NCBI RefSeq assembly: GCF_018350175.1
Contig: NC_058368.1
Location: 179,802,001-179,866,000, forward strand
DNA length: 64,000 bases
Direction: 5' to 3'
DNA from: Felis catus
Taxonomy: Eukaryota
Position numbers and translations under genes: made by a program. The number at the start of each line of letters is the position of its first letter. The stretch's first letter is position 1. Positions 50,645 through 64,000 of this stretch are shown one piece after another. A model generated the notes under the pieces. The model was not told the origin of the DNA. It worked only from the letters and a program-made list of their open reading frames with translations, and searched no databases.

Positions 50645-51140
50645 TTTCTAAAGAGAAATGAAGACATGTCCAGACATGTTGTACACAAATGTTCATAGCA
50701 GCATTCATAATACCCCAAAAGTGGAAACAGTCCAAGTGTCAGGAATGGACACATGGATAAACAAAAATAAGGTGTATTCATGCAACAGACTATTATTCAG
50801 CCATAATATATAAAGTAATGAAGTATGGGTATATGCTACCACATGTGCATCTTGAAACATGCTAAGTGAAGAAGCCAGTGAGAAAATACCACATAGTATA
50901 TGATTCTATTCATATGGTAATGCAGAATGGGGATATCTGTAGAGACAAAAAGTAGACTAGTAGTTGCTTAGGGCTGCGGGTAGGGCAGAGATGGGAGATG
51001 GGGTGATAGTTAAAAGATACAGAATTTCTTTTGGAGCAGATGAAAAGTATACACATTGGCCACACTGATGGTTGCACAATCACTTGCTTTAAATGGATAA
51101 ATTAAAAGTATATGCATTATGTCCTGATAAAGCTGTTTAG
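50645..51140 (+). mobile_element. L1MB-type LINE-1 3' end
   Basis: agagaaatgaagacatgtcc...caaatgttcatagcagcatt...atggataaacaaaa...atgctaagtgaagaagccag...tgtagagacaaaaagtagactagtagttgcttaggg...ataaagctgtt. Confidence 0.9.
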
Positions 51141-51949
51141 ACATTTTTTTTTATGAAGAACAAGGGGCGGGGAAAGGTACTTCCAGATGATTTCATTTCT
51201 GACCAGGAAGGAGTCAGAAGCCAACAGTAAGAAAATTGTCATCCTATTCATGGCAGACATGGAAACACGACCGAAGGAACCTGTCTGCGTCCCCTTATCC
51301 CTTTGGGATCTGCAAAGACAATACTCCGAATCAGTGTTAAGCTCAAGCTTAGCATCCTTAAGTTGGAAAGAATTTCAAAGGTCATCTGAGGGGAGCATGC
51401 CCCAGTCACTGCCAGCATTTTGGCTCAGCCAAACACTTCTTATCTCTGCTTGCACCAGGAAATTACACCTACAGAGGGGAAGGGAACGTAAAAGTCCATG
51501 TGGGGGATATTTGTGGCACAGCCTGGGGGGAAGAAAGGACTTGGGAAAGAATGCATTTGATCCCGCAAATGGAAGGAGAGAGCAGAGTGACAACAGCTGC
51601 CCTGAAGTGTGGGAGAGATGTTGCACACTGCTCACACCGAGTGCGGGGCACTAGCAAACACTGAGTGAAAACAGGCAGAGACAGGTATATGAGTGTACAG
51701 AAGACAGCAAAGGGAAGAGAAAGAAAGGGAGCCAACAGTCACGGAACCCTCATGATTAGTCGCCACACCAGGTGCCACACAAAGGTCCTCTCGCTTACTG
51801 CCTGCAACATCCCTAAAAGTAGGTGTTAGTACACCACTTTTAGAGGCGTAGAGGGGGGCTCAGAGACTACCTTATCAGAAGGTAGTCAGTTAACACGTGG
51901 GGAAACTGAGATTCAAGCGTAAGATCTAGAGCGTCTTTACCAATATTGC

Positions 51950-52570
51950 CCTCGGAAATGGGTCCACCATAATCCACTCAGGTACTCCAGACAGAAACCT
52001 AGGAGTCATTCTTTACACTCAGATTTCTTTTCCCACTTTGATTCCCAGCAAATCCATCAGCAAGCCAGGTTGGATCAAACTTCTCCCCGCCCTCCGGTCT
52101 CTCCAGGTCCTGCACAGCCCGGCTCCACCTTCCCTGTCCAATCTCATCCTGTACCATTCTCTTCCTCTAGCTCACTCTTCCCCCTAGTCCATGGCGAGGC
52201 AGCCATGCTTCCTCTCTGCCTGGAATGCCCTTCCAGGTCTTCTTCACCACGTGGTCCTTTTCATTCTCCAGATCTTAGCTCAGAAGTTGCCACCTCTTCA
52301 GAGAGACCTGTTGGCATTCCATCTAATGCAGCCTCCTCCAAATATTTGCTGTCCCATGGCTACGATGATTTCCTATGCAACATTTACTAAACCTGCAGTT
52401 ATTTTTGCAGTTTATTTACAAGTAGTCTTATTTGTTCCTTATGTCCCCAACTACAACGTTAAGTCCGGAAGGGGAGATTCAATTCTCTCTTTCCCCAAGA
52501 TAGTCCTGGCACCTACAACAGTGCCTTGTACTTCGCAGGTGCTTGAGAGAGATAAAGGGTGAATGGAAAT
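51950..52570 (+). mobile_element. L2 LINE remnant
   Basis: gaaacctaggagtcattc...aatccatcagcaag...ctctgcctggaatgcccttcc...cagatcttagctcagaagttgccacctcttcagagagacc...acagtgccttgtac. Confidence 0.8.
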
Positions 52571-54799
52571 GAAGGGGTGCTCTTCGGAGGCACCCCAAAG
52601 AGAATGGAACCCCAAAGCAGACATTTCTGTACAGCAGAGGGCTCTGGGATGCCCTGGTCTTCTGCTTATCTGCTGTGAACATGTGAACACCTATCTCTCC
52701 TGTGCATTTGTTTCTACAGATATTTATTGAACACTTCTAATAAAAAAATAAAATCCAGTACTTGGTAATTGAAAGCAGATATCCTGGAAGGCAGGAAATA
52801 TGGTTGCTAACGTTTAAATTTGACCATGAGGTACAGTTATGAAGTCTGTGTTCCCTGGTTAGGTGTGGGAAGGGTCAGGACTGTCTAGGAAAAGCAAAGC
52901 TCCCATCTGTTTTAGCACACATTAGGTACAACCTCATTGAAAAGGGAGAACTGAAAAAATGTCTCTCTGGTCCCTGCAATACAGCAGAACCTCCACTGCC
53001 CTGGTCAGCTCAAACCCCTCTCACACTAGATGCACCTACCTTCGCAGATGTCTGTTGCAGGCATGGAGCAGGAGAGCCCTGTGACCAGGCCACCCTAGAG
53101 ACAACTGATCTGTCACCTCAGGGGATTCACATGTGATGATAATGAAGATGATGATGATAGCCATGGCCACCATATAGAGCAAGCCTTTGCTTTATGTCAT
53201 ATAGGTCCCATGTGATTTCGATACAAACTTAGCCTCCATCAGAGCAGGAACATTGCATTTCTTAACCATTGATCACCAGCACCTAGAGCTGTGTCTGGCC
53301 TATAGAAAATATTTGCTAATTATTGGTTGGATGAACAAATAAAGGATGTGGGTCCTATAATTACCTGCCAGCAGCCAAGCCCTTTTAATACAAGGGGCTT
53401 TTTTGGCTATGGTTCTTCTCCACAGATGTGATGCCTGGCACAAAATAAGCACTTAATAGTTGCTAAATAAGCAACTCCCCATTTCACAGATAAGGAGACT
53501 GAGGCCTGGAGAGATTATATAACCTGCCTATGGGCACATAGTGAGGAAGTGGTGAAGTGGTGACAATCCAGGCTCTTAAGTGTTACAAATGAAGGGTACT
53601 TCTGCTTTAGGGGTGGGAGTAGGAAACTAGAAAAGAATAAGTGAGGGGGGGGAGGGAGTTTGAGATAGCACCTCCCCCCCCCCCCCCGACACACACACAA
53701 ATGCAATAACTTGCCACAACAGCTTTATGTGATGTAATTTGTGGGCAGACAGCAGCTCAAGTGCTGGACTCCTGCAGAGAGTCCATTTCTGGGTTTTCTT
53801 ACCCAGTTTACTGTAGAGAGTGTGTATTTGGTTTTGTTTGGTCTTCTTGATTTTAAAGGAAAGGGTGGCAAGGAAGAATTAGGATGGGAACTAACCCCAC
53901 GTCACCAGAAGAAATGTTGTCTCAAGGACCCTAAAGAGAACCCCAGGTGCGCATTCTCTTGCCTAGGAACCAGGGCAACTGCAGGGAAGGAAGGCAAGTT
54001 CACGGAACTGCACCTGTCACTGACAAATTTAGGGCGTCTCATTCCCATTTATCTAGCTGTCAACTCCTCACCTGTCAGAAAATCATCTAGATGTGTTTGA
54101 GTTTATCAGGCAGATTGAGCAGAGCAGCCCCATCCGGTGGCTTTTCTTGCTGATAGCTTGATGGCTGTTTTCAGAAAGACCTGAGAGAGGGAGGGAGCCT
54201 CTTCCTGCTGCTGTTTCCCTGAACAGGAGAAAATCAAAAACAAACAATCAGAGCACCACAATTTGGGGTAATGTCGAAGCCAACAGTGGACTGCCTGTGG
54301 CCAGGGATCGCACAGGTTAGAGATGTCCGTGTCTGGTGGCATGCTGGTGCCTGGGCAGTAAGCAGCTCAAGGCACAACATGTCACCTGAGGATTAAAAGC
54401 AAAGCCAGAAACCTCTGTGTGATTTGTTCCTCACTACCTAAAATTGACTCCCTGTTTGTCTGCATTCAGGTTGAGCCCATTTAACTGCTTCCACTGTGTC
54501 TGTTTAAAGACAAAACAGAAGAATCGGCTCAGGGGGTAAGATAAACCAAAACACCAACTACAACAAAGGTTCTTTCCTTTTGCTTCTCAAATGACTTTGT
54601 TCCTCTCTGCCGGTTAAGATGAAAATGACTCTGCATCAAAAATGATTAATTATTATGATTATTATAAGTTTGGTGTCTCATAAAAAATGCACTGGATATT
54701 TTTTTTTTGAGCCAAAGTTCTGTAGACAGGGAATGCAATGCTTCAGTCAGACTCCCAACTGGGTTTTCTTCTGCTTCTGAAAACATCAGTGCATAGTAG

Positions 54800-54930
54800 A
54801 CATTATTGCCGCCATTTTACAGATGAAGATCAGAGATATAAAGTGATTTGCCCAAGGTCACACAGCTAGAAAGAGTCAGCACTATGACAGACCTAAGTCA
54901 GTCTGAGTCAGAGTCTTGAAATTTCCCTGA
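54800..54930 (-). mobile_element. MIR SINE
   Basis: ccattttacagatgaagatcagagatataaagtgatttgcccaaggtcacacagcta. Confidence 0.85.
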
Positions 54931-55140
54931 GTTTCATGTAGGAGACTGTGGTCAGTAGGGCAAAGACCTACAGAGGAATGTAGCCAAGAAACTATGAAGT
55001 AGGAGATAGATTTGGTAAACACGAGAACTGACTCTAACTTCAGAAGAGTAGTTGTGGTTGACAGGTGAGGTAAGAAGCAGATTTCTGTGGATGAGCAAGT
55101 TAAGGTTTGTATCCTGTCTCCCACTGAGATTTTTTGGTAC

Positions 55141-55332
55141 TTTTTTTCTTAAGTATTTACTTAGAGACAGCTAGCAGGAGAGGAGCAGAGAGAGGGAGAG
55201 AGAGAATCCCAAGCAGGGTCCACACTGTCAGCACAGAGCCCAATGGGGGGCTTGAACTCATGAACCGTGAGATCATGACCTGAGTCAAAATCCAGAGTCA
55301 GACGCTGAACCGACTGAGCCACCCAGCCCCCC
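55141..55332 (-). mobile_element. Can-SINE (older subfamily)
   Basis: gagaatcccaagcagggtccacactgtcagcacagagccc...gagatcatgacctgagtcaaaatccagagtcagacgctgaaccgactgagccaccca. Degenerate TSD gagattttttgg / gagatttttttg. Confidence 0.94.
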
Positions 55333-56239
55333 GAGATTTTTTTGCTCCTTAAAGACAAGTACTGCAAAAGTGTATACAGTTAGATCTGCAGAAGGATTCC
55401 CTTTGTAATGCACTCACAGAGCCCACTACAAAGACAGCTTCCAAAGGTTACAGTGATGCTATTGACAATGATGGCAGTGGAGATGGCATCTGCCAGGTCG
55501 ATGGCATCCCAGAGATGGGATTCTGCCGTTGTGCACATGTGGAGACAGGAGCTTCCATCTCAGCCATATTTGGGGAGAGAAGAGTTTGAAATTCCAGGAG
55601 AACAGGGAGAGGTAAATGAGAAGATTTACCTGTTGCCCTTGGAGACACAGGAAGAATAACAGTTGAGCAGGGCACAGATTGGGGGAAGCCGAGAACGAGT
55701 AGGCTTGCTGATAACGATGGCGATGAGCAATACCCCCAGTCCCGCTGACCTGGGCAAGCAGAGGAGGAGATCAGCTCTGAGACAAGAATGCCATGTTTAA
55801 CAGGAGGGCAGAAATAAATAATTCTTTATGTTCAGGGAGGAGTGTGGTGAGGAATCTTAAAAACCCACTCTCTTTTCCAAGGCCCAGGGAGTGCAGTGAG
55901 GAAGGAATTTGAACACCTGCCAGAGCAGGTGAGCAGGGCTTGGGAAGAGAATCCAGAGCAAGCACGCGATGTCGGCAGGAGGGAGACTGAGAGCGCAGAC
56001 CTCATCTTTTCTGCCAGCTTTGCCATGGCAGGAAGAAAAGTGGGAAACCACGTGCTATCCCTTCTGCAGAGGCAGGCTGACCACATCAGATATCGTGGTT
56101 GTAGAGCCGTGAGAAGGACAGGTGCAACTGAGGTAATGAAAACCCCTCAAAGACTTGAGACAGGGGTTCCAGAGGAATGCGACAGTTTTTAAGAGTTGTT
56201 ACACAAGTATTATATCACATGATATCTGCATCACATGAT

Positions 56240-56830
56240 GCAGAGAAGCCAAAAAATAAAAATTATTTACTCATAATACCTCACCTAGAAAAAAAATCAC
56301 TATTCATATTTCAATGCAATTTCCCCCCAGATCTTCTTTCCCCATACATGTATACACACACACATACACACACACATACACACACACGTACACACACACT
56401 CATACATGTGCACACATGTGCACATTTCTGTTTATAGCATTGGGTTACACCAAGCAGATCTTTGGAAACCTCCCTTTTCACTTAAACTGTATTGAGAGAG
56501 CACTTGTCTATCAACAATCTTCTTCCTTTTAAATGGCTATTGGTTTTCCACTATAATGATAGGCCATACTATTCAGCTCCTATGGTTGGGAAGTTTAGGT
56601 GGTTTTCAGTTTTTTCCATCTTCAAAAGTGCTCCAGTGACCAGTCTTGTCTATATATTTTTGTGTGCTTTTGTCATACTATTTCCTTATAAGTAAAGTTA
56701 CTAAACAACAGGTTATACACATAGTAAGAGTACTGAGATATATTACCAAGTTGCCCAATCAAAAGGTATTACCAGGTTTTATTCCTTCTGGAAGTGAGAG
56801 CACCTGTCTCTCCCTATCCTCATTTTCATA
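56240..56830 (-). mobile_element. Ancient L1M (L1ME-like) remnant with CA-rich insert at about 56345-56423
   Basis: tttaaatggctattggttttccacta...tatggttgggaagtttaggtggttttcagtttttt...ctgagatatattaccaagttgccc...aaaaggtattaccaggtttta. Confidence 0.6.
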
Positions 56831-58481
56831 AGGTTTCGTTTTTTAAAAATGTGTTAATGCTGTTAAGTTTGCGAGGCTGTAGGGAACATCCTGACCTAAC
56901 TCCTCCTTGAACCCCCACAGCACTCTTTAGGCCGAAAAGGTTCAGGCGTTGAGGACATTTAGAGCCCTCAGAGATGGATTTGGGGGAAACAAGCCACATA
57001 TAGAGGAAGACATTTAACATATGCACAATGGTGGTGACTAGGGGGTTCTCTCTGTCAGTTTAATATCTAGACGCAAGAGACAGCTTCTGCCATCAGAGTT
57101 GACAGTTTAAAGAGGTGACACTGGTAACAGGGAAAACATGGTGGCACACAGAATGGCCTTCTCTTACTCCTCTTCCTGGTGATGCCAATGAAGGGCCCAA
57201 CAATTTGACTCTCTGTTATAAAAACCACTCCAACTTTAAAATTAAAAAAAAAAAAATCCAGTGCTCTCTTCAGGCTCCTCTAAGCAAAAGATTGGACTTC
57301 ATCTGCGTCCCATTTGAGAAGAGTAGGCATATAAAAGTCTGACATAAATGGTGCAGATAAGATCGAGAGCTCACCTGGGGAGACTTACAAGTGTTTCACA
57401 TTCAAAGCACATGTCTCTAATGCTAATCAGATAACCGTAGCGTTTAGTTCTTACATCTGGCACAAAACTCTTGCTTTTATGTTTCCTATTTTTTCCCAGA
57501 AGGTAATAAAATTCACAATTGTATCTCACAATCAATATAGCATCTCTTCAGGCACTTTTGCACATTATGAGCACCGAAACTCTGGCCCGCCTCAGTTAGG
57601 AGAACCATATGCTATTGCTTATTTTTCTTTGTTGAGATGCTCAGTTCTAAGATGTTGTCACTGGAGGACTTCGAAGGCAGATATTGTTTCCTCAACAGGG
57701 TAAGGTGAGAGAGTGGACGAGTTCATGGTTGGGAAGGTAGACACATCACTGCACATTTCAGTTGGGGTTATTGAGCTATTCACCTAGAAACTATAAGCAC
57801 CAACTCAGAAACAAACAGAAGGTTTGCCTTCAGAAAGACAGTGAACTTTTTAGGTGTAAGTGCTGACAAGTGATAAGGGAAGAATTCGGTCTGTACTCAG
57901 AGTTGCCGTATAATATCAGCTTGTAACACTGGTGTGTCAAAGTGCTCTTAGCATGAAGTTCCTTTTGGATGACCAACAGGAGATATGTCATAAGGGCTCC
58001 AAGCTTGAATAGGCAGAACTTATTTCCCTGAACTAATTTAATATTGGTCAAAATGCAGTGAGAGTCACAATTATACACATATTGAGACTGATGAGAATGG
58101 ACGAAGTGTCTTAGTATCTTATAGCTGTCTCAAGTTTGTATTAGAACTTCCTCACAAGAGGAAAAGCCCTATTAAAGTTTGTTTCTGGGGTATACTGCTC
58201 AGAAACTTCATCTTCCTGTTCCAGCTTTACTTGAAGTTTTACTATCTTTCCTTATTGAAGTAAACAAATTCTCACACCTAATTAATGTGTTACTTATCTC
58301 CTCAATGTTTGAGAATACAACTAATGCCCTCATTTTGTTCTTCCTATTTTGTCTTCAATAGATACTTTATCATCTTAAAATGTTTCTCTTTCACAAAATT
58401 CTAAATGGAGGAAACCACCATTTCTTCTCTTGGAGAGTCAGCCATTCGGGCTCCATTGTTCTGAGAACAAAAAGTCCTTGT

Positions 58482-58644
58482 CAGAGCCTAGACTAGGAGA
58501 AGACAAGCACGGTGCCCAGGGTGAACCATGTGAGGAGGCACTCACTCTGAGACATGTGTACATGCAGGGTTGCACCTGCAACTGAGCACCTCCTTAAATG
58601 GTGTCCTGTGTGCCTTCACTAGCCTCACCCCAGTCCTGGCTGTG
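58482..58644. mobile_element. MER96-like palindromic hAT MITE
   Basis: Arms cagagcctagactagg...gaggaggcactcactctgag and ...tgagcacctccttaaat...gcctcaccccagtcctggctgtg are degenerate reverse complements. 8-bp flanks gtccttgt / ggcctggt. Confidence 0.75.
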
Positions 58645-60005
58645 GGCCTGGTTATGATCTCCAGATGTTTTGGGGACACATCAGTGATGTCTAGCATTTA
58701 GGCCTTCTTCAACAGAAATGTATTAAGGGCCCTACTAGATGTCAGAAATTGTGCTTTGTGGTGTGTGCAAATAATAAAGAGCAGACATGCCTTATGGTAA
58801 AGGGGTCCCTCTTGGCTGATCTGCAGGTGGCTCAGCTGCTAACGTAGGTTGACTGCTCTTTCTTCAATGCCCAGCCTAGTTTATGTTACATCTTTGCCTC
58901 CATTACCACATTTGGGCCAAAAGATTTGAAATAAATACCACTAGGTGACCAGAAGTCTCAAGGGTTGAGCATACTCAACTGGACTATATTTTTTTTCAGT
59001 TTTTGCTTTGTTTATAAATAGTGAAGTTCACTCAGTTCACCTGACTTCTTACCTTTTGTTCAGCTTAAAATATGAAATGAGGTTTTTGGAGGTTTTTTTT
59101 GGCAGTATGTATTCCACAGCCTCCTAACCTCCCTTCATACGTCTTACTGGCCGATAATATGTGAAACTGTGCTCCAGGCTTTCTGTAAATGCATGTCAAT
59201 ATCTGCCTCTCTCTTATCTCCCAGGGTAGTAATTTATCCAGGAAACTTATTTATAACAGGTTAGGTACTAAAGTCTCCCTTACATAAACCCACATTGATG
59301 TCTCTGATCAAATTATAACTTTCAAAGTATTCCATCACTGAGTCCAGTTAAATTGTTCCTAGTGTTTTCCCAAGACTAGGCAATTTTAAAAATCTTGACT
59401 GTGCTACAAAAGTGTTTTCCCAAATGCTTTATTAAATTAAGATTTGCACAAATGCTCACCTTTTATCAGCAGAAAGTCTTGGCCCACTTGGAGAAAAATC
59501 AAGCTAATAATTTTTTTTTTTCTTTTACCAACCCTCTTGCATTTCTCTCCATTCAGGCCGCCTTCTTTGAGCTTGCTATTGTAACTAGGGACAACCCTCT
59601 GTGGCCTCATAAATCAGAATTGTTAATATTTATGGCTTTGTTGGTCTTTTAAAATCCAGTTTGAGGATTAGGGTTCCCCCCGCCTCTTGAAACTTTACTT
59701 TTTGTTCTTTTTTAAAGGCACTAATTTGTGGAACTAAAGTATCTTCTCCTGGTTTTTAACCCCAAACTAAGTATAAGGGGAGCCCTAAACAAAGCAACCA
59801 CCAACAACAAAGCCTGAAGCTTGAAAATGAACATTAGCCCTTGGCCATTGACTCAGCAATCCCAACCTAGCATTTTTGAGGGTGTGTCTTTTGACAAATG
59901 CTTATCAAGTGCCTATTAGGAGCCAGACTCTGAGCTAGAAACCAGTAATAACCGGATAAACAAGACAGGCCTAGTTCCTGCCCTCATGGAGTTTACTGTC
60001 TAATA

Positions 60006-60227
60006 CAGGGGTCACTAAACTTGTTCTGTAATGGACCAGGGAGTAACTGTCTGAGGCTTGGAAGGCCCTATGGTCTCTGTCACAACTCAACTGCCGTGTA
60101 TTGCAAAGCAGCCTCAGACAGTCTGTGAAGAAATTAGCATAAATGATTGTGTCCCAACAGCAACTTCATTTACAAAAACAGGCAATGGATCAGATTTGAC
60201 TTGTGGACCATAGTTGGCCAACCCCTA
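60006..60227 (+). mobile_element. MER58A-like MITE nested in a minus-strand L2 (about 59890-60450)
   Basis: caggggtcactaaact...tatggtctctgtcacaact...catttacaaaaacaggc...ccatagttggccaaccccta. L2 motif (aaacaagacaggcctagttcctgccctcatggagtttactgtcta) on the left; L2 resumes on the right. Confidence 0.85.
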
Positions 60228-60901
60228 GCCAAATGAAGGAAAGAAGTGAAAATTAGTAAGGAAGTGAATATGGTTGCAATGTGCAATTATTTCTATAAAA
60301 GATAGAAGCTGGGCACTGCGCTATGCAGTGACAGGGAGACTGGCTTTGGGTGGGGTAGTCTGGGAAGGAAAGGTGGCTCCACAAAGGTGCCCTTCAAGCC
60401 GAGTCCTCAAGGAGGTGTGTGATCTGCATGGTGAAGTAGGGGGTTTCAGGAGTGAGAACTGCATGTTCAGAGGCTCCTAGGAGTGGGGCCACCTTTCATC
60501 CCTCCCCACCTTCACTGTGCTTCAAGTGGGGCACTCCTGTGAAACATGGGGAGTCTGTTTGTGTGCCCCAGAATCTGACCACGAAAGGGGTGGCCCAAGC
60601 TGTCCTGGGGGATTCCTCGGCACTTCCAGTGTGTGGATAATGACCTCTCCTCTAGCCACCCAGGGAAGATGGGGGTTGGGTTCACTTTTGCTTTTGCTTT
60701 TTTCCCTTCTACTTCTTAAGGGAGGACCTTTCACCAGCACATGGAATACAGAAAGCTTGCTTGGAATGTGTCAGGCTAAGCAAAAACACATGGTCTGGAT
60801 ATATTCTCCTAAAATAGAGCAAGAGAGAGGCGGGAAATAGAACAGCCTCCCATAAATCATCATTTGTCCAGGGAAAAGGTTTCTGACAGATATGCAGAGT
60901 A

Positions 60902-61010
<109 letters not shown>

Positions 61011-61339
61011 TTGTTGTTGTTTGATTGCCAAGGCAGAATTTCATTGTCCGGTCCTGTGTGGAGAGCAGAATGCTGGTGCTTTCTACAACTGGAAACTGTA
61101 TCTCAGTGTGGCCAGCCACTAGAGAGAGATGTCCTGAACCCTTTGGAATATTGAAACTCTTTATGGGTGCTCCAACTGTCCAGAGATCCCTGGTGGGGCA
61201 GGAATAAAGCAGGTGGGCAGCCAGGGATTCTAGAACATCAGAATCCATAGTTCTGCCCAAAAGAAAATGTGGAAATGCCACAGTCCTGTGCAGTGGAGGT
61301 ATCCAGGGGAATCACAGGGCTCTGTGGCCTTGTCACACC

Positions 61340-62090
61340 TTCCTGGCCTTCCCCATCCACGCTCCATACAATACCCAGACTGATCTTTTCAAAGCACAGC
61401 TTTGACCAACTCTTTCTCTCCTTCTGTCTTGTCTCTCTCTGTGTGCCTCAGTCTCTTTCTGTCTCTCTCATACATGTATATGCAGGCACACACACATATG
61501 TACGCATACCTTAAATCGGTGTCCTATTGCTCTTAAGATAAAGACAAAAGTTCCTAACATGACACAAAATATCCCAGTGGTTAGGACCTCGGGTTCTTTC
61601 TTCTCTGGATTCATCTTGTACTGTTTTCCAACCACATCAAACTTTTTTTTAATTCTACCAATCCATCCTACTTCTTTCTGCCACAGAGCCTTTGCACATG
61701 CATGGGAAGTTCTAGTCCATGTTACCTCTTCATTTTGTTCTCAAGTCCAGCATCTGGCCTCCTACTTAGGTCTATTTTCTCTTCCCTAAACTCCTAAAGC
61801 ACCCTGTATTTCTCTTTCAAAGCACTTATTGCTACTATAGATTTACATGTACTTGTATTATTTGACTAATATTGATTAGTCTTTGATTAATCTTGGTTCT
61901 TACCTCCCACCCCCACCCTCATCAGTCCTGGGACAAGAGACAGGGCAGGGTCTGTGTATAGGTTTTGGTTGTGTTGATTCCATTTTTTTGTTTTGTTCCA
62001 TTTGTATTCCTCATTGCACTGTATCTGGTATGAAAACAGTGTCTGGTACATGGCTGAAACCAAAGACATTTTTTTTAATGAATAAGTGAA
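61340..62090 (+). mobile_element. L2 LINE 3' remnant
   Basis: ccagactgatcttttcaaagcacagctttgacca...attgctcttaagataaagac...cacagagcctttgcacatgc...acagtgtctggtacatgg...aatgaataagtgaatg. Confidence 0.8.
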
Positions 62091-63522
62091 TGTCCTGGCT
62101 ATTCCTTTCTATAGTGGGCACCTGAGTATCTTTGGGGTTCCCCTCTGCCCGGGCTGTCATCTAATCAAAGATGCATTGGTCCCTGACTGGGTATTTCAGC
62201 ACTGAATGGGGAAGGGGTGGAGGGAAAGAATGACAACCCTTTCTGGAAATAAAGATTTTTTGAGTGAAAGGTGATTGTAGAGATTATCCACTGACTCCTC
62301 ATTATACAGGTGAGGAGATAAAGTGTTTCAAGGTCAAGGGCTCATTACATTACCAGCCATATTTACAGCCCAAATTGTCAGTACTTGAGACACCAATTCT
62401 TACATAAAGTCTTGCTGCCTGCCCTCAGTCATAGAGCATGATCCTTCCTGAATGCATTGCCCTTTTTCCCCTAAAGCTAGGTTAACCTTCAGCAAATTAA
62501 TAAAGCTCCAGCATCTCTTCTCCGTTCCTTTTGGATTCCCTGTCTTCAGTCTCAATGTCCTCCTCCAACTAGGTGCAGTGACCCTTTCCACTCTAAGGGT
62601 GCCCCCTATGCCCACCTTTCCTGACCAAATTTCATCCTTAAAACTTACCTGTTCTATATGCATTATACATTGGTTTGTAACTTTGTTGATTCAACTGTCG
62701 AACACACCACCTTGTTGTGTCCCTGGGTTCATATGCAGCACAGCTCAGTTAACACCCACATTCAAACTGGGACCTCCTGGAGCTATTTAGCAACAAGAAT
62801 TTGGGACACTGTTATTAACCAGTATGTGAGTTTATATTCCACTTGCATTAGGTCAGCCCTGTCTCAGCAGAAAAAGCCATAGATTTTACCTCTCAAACAG
62901 GGATTCCCCCAGCCAGGCATATGTTAAAGACTGCTTGGACTCATCAAAACTGAATTGACTTGGTTCTTCCATCACTTGCCATCTGTACATGGACTGAAGG
63001 TTAAACCTTGAGTGATTTGTGCCCTCTAAGTGTACCATAAGTCATTCAGGTCCATGTGGATAGTGTAAGACACCCTGGGTGCTATCATTGGCTCAGCCAT
63101 GGTTGTTGGAACTAACTGTTCCTGCCCTAACTTGCAAGTGTGGAATATGTCCCAGGTCTTAACTCCCCCATCTGTAAAATGATTCTGACTCAACAGCTGC
63201 CTTTTGTATGTTTCTATATGTATACATGTTATTTTACTTAATTGGGGAAAGGGAGGCATGACTTGCGTTTATTGTTTAATACCTGGGCAGTATGGCTAAT
63301 ATAAGCCTGGTGTCAGACAATAGGGAGTGGTGGAGAGCATAGTGCACTGGGCATGTGTCCACCAAGAGGGCAGGATGGCAGGATCTGGTGGATAGTGAGA
63401 CTGTCTCTTCAACCTCAATCCTCCCCCTCCCCAGTTGGGTAGCAGCAATGTGCTTAGGATGGAACCCCTCCAAGCCAGTTGTTATGCTCCCCACTGGTAT
63501 AAACTAATCAGAAGAATTCTGT

Positions 63523-63749
63523 TTTTTTTTTTAATTTTTTTTTCAACATTTTTTATTTATTTTTGGGACAGAGAGAGACAGACCATGAATGGGGGAGGGG
63601 CAGAGAGAGAGGGAGACACAGAATCAGAAACAGGCTCCAGGCTCTGAGCCATCAGCCCAGAGCCTGACGCGGGGCTCGAACTCACGGACCGCGAGATCGT
63701 GACCTGGCTGAAGTCGGACGCTTAACCGACTGCGCCACCCAGGCGCCCC
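63523..63749 (-). mobile_element. Young feline SINE (SINEC_Fc type)
   Basis: Ends ...cttaaccgactgcgccacccaggcgcccc. Perfect 18-bp TSD taatcagaagaattctgt (63505-63522, 63751-63768). Confidence 0.98.
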
Positions 63750-64000
63750 ATAATCAGAAGAATTCTGTACACCCATGCTATCATTATTGTTTCAGGTAAT
63801 CCAGGTTTAAACCAAACCACAGAACAATATATAAAGCCGTAAGTATTAGTTCAAGATGACTTGATTAACCCAAAGCTCTGATCTTTGCTGGATATTCTGA
63901 GGCACATAAAGTCTGATTGCTTCTCAGTGATACAGAATGAAATTGTAATGTCTAGGACCACAATGGCCATTTTGCCCCCATGAGGGGAGCCAGCCTTTTG

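Noticed and set aside
53373..53408. Short hairpin with a T run resembling a bacterial terminator
   Set aside because: Eukaryotic context between L2 and MIR debris; a chance short inverted repeat.
59849..59858. TGACTCAGCA, an ARE/MARE-like site
   Set aside because: Context (ttgactcagcaatcccaacctag) resembles a decayed L1 motif; a single motif with no other support.
63791..63805. ttcaggtaatccagg resembles the 5' part of miR-26a
   Set aside because: Seed mismatch, similarity stops after 15 nt, and no complementary arm for a pre-miRNA hairpin.

Overview
Mammalian genomic DNA, almost certainly from a felid (cat-like). It carries 18 tRNA-derived Can-SINEs, five of them young, CpG-intact copies of the feline SINEC_Fc type with near-perfect target-site duplications (TSDs). 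The background is ancient eutherian repeats (MIR, L2, L1M, MLT1 LTRs, hAT/Tigger MITEs) and long microsatellites. I found no protein-coding gene, CpG island or convincing exon chain. The supplied ORFs look like chance ORFs or translations of repeats, so the window reads as intronic or intergenic, possibly regulatory. The clearest unusual item is a 33-nt U2 snRNA 5' fragment (tailless retropseudogene) with a perfect 12-bp TSD nested inside an old SINE at about 38.2 kb. Also notable: a MER81-like MITE with a perfect NF-kB palindrome split by a SINE, a strong CTCF core motif, a 140-nt pure-pyrimidine triplet mosaic and an inverted pair of young SINEs. I see no evidence for a new biological system. 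Repeat family names come from recalled consensus sequences, not from a search, and the ends of old repeats are approximate.
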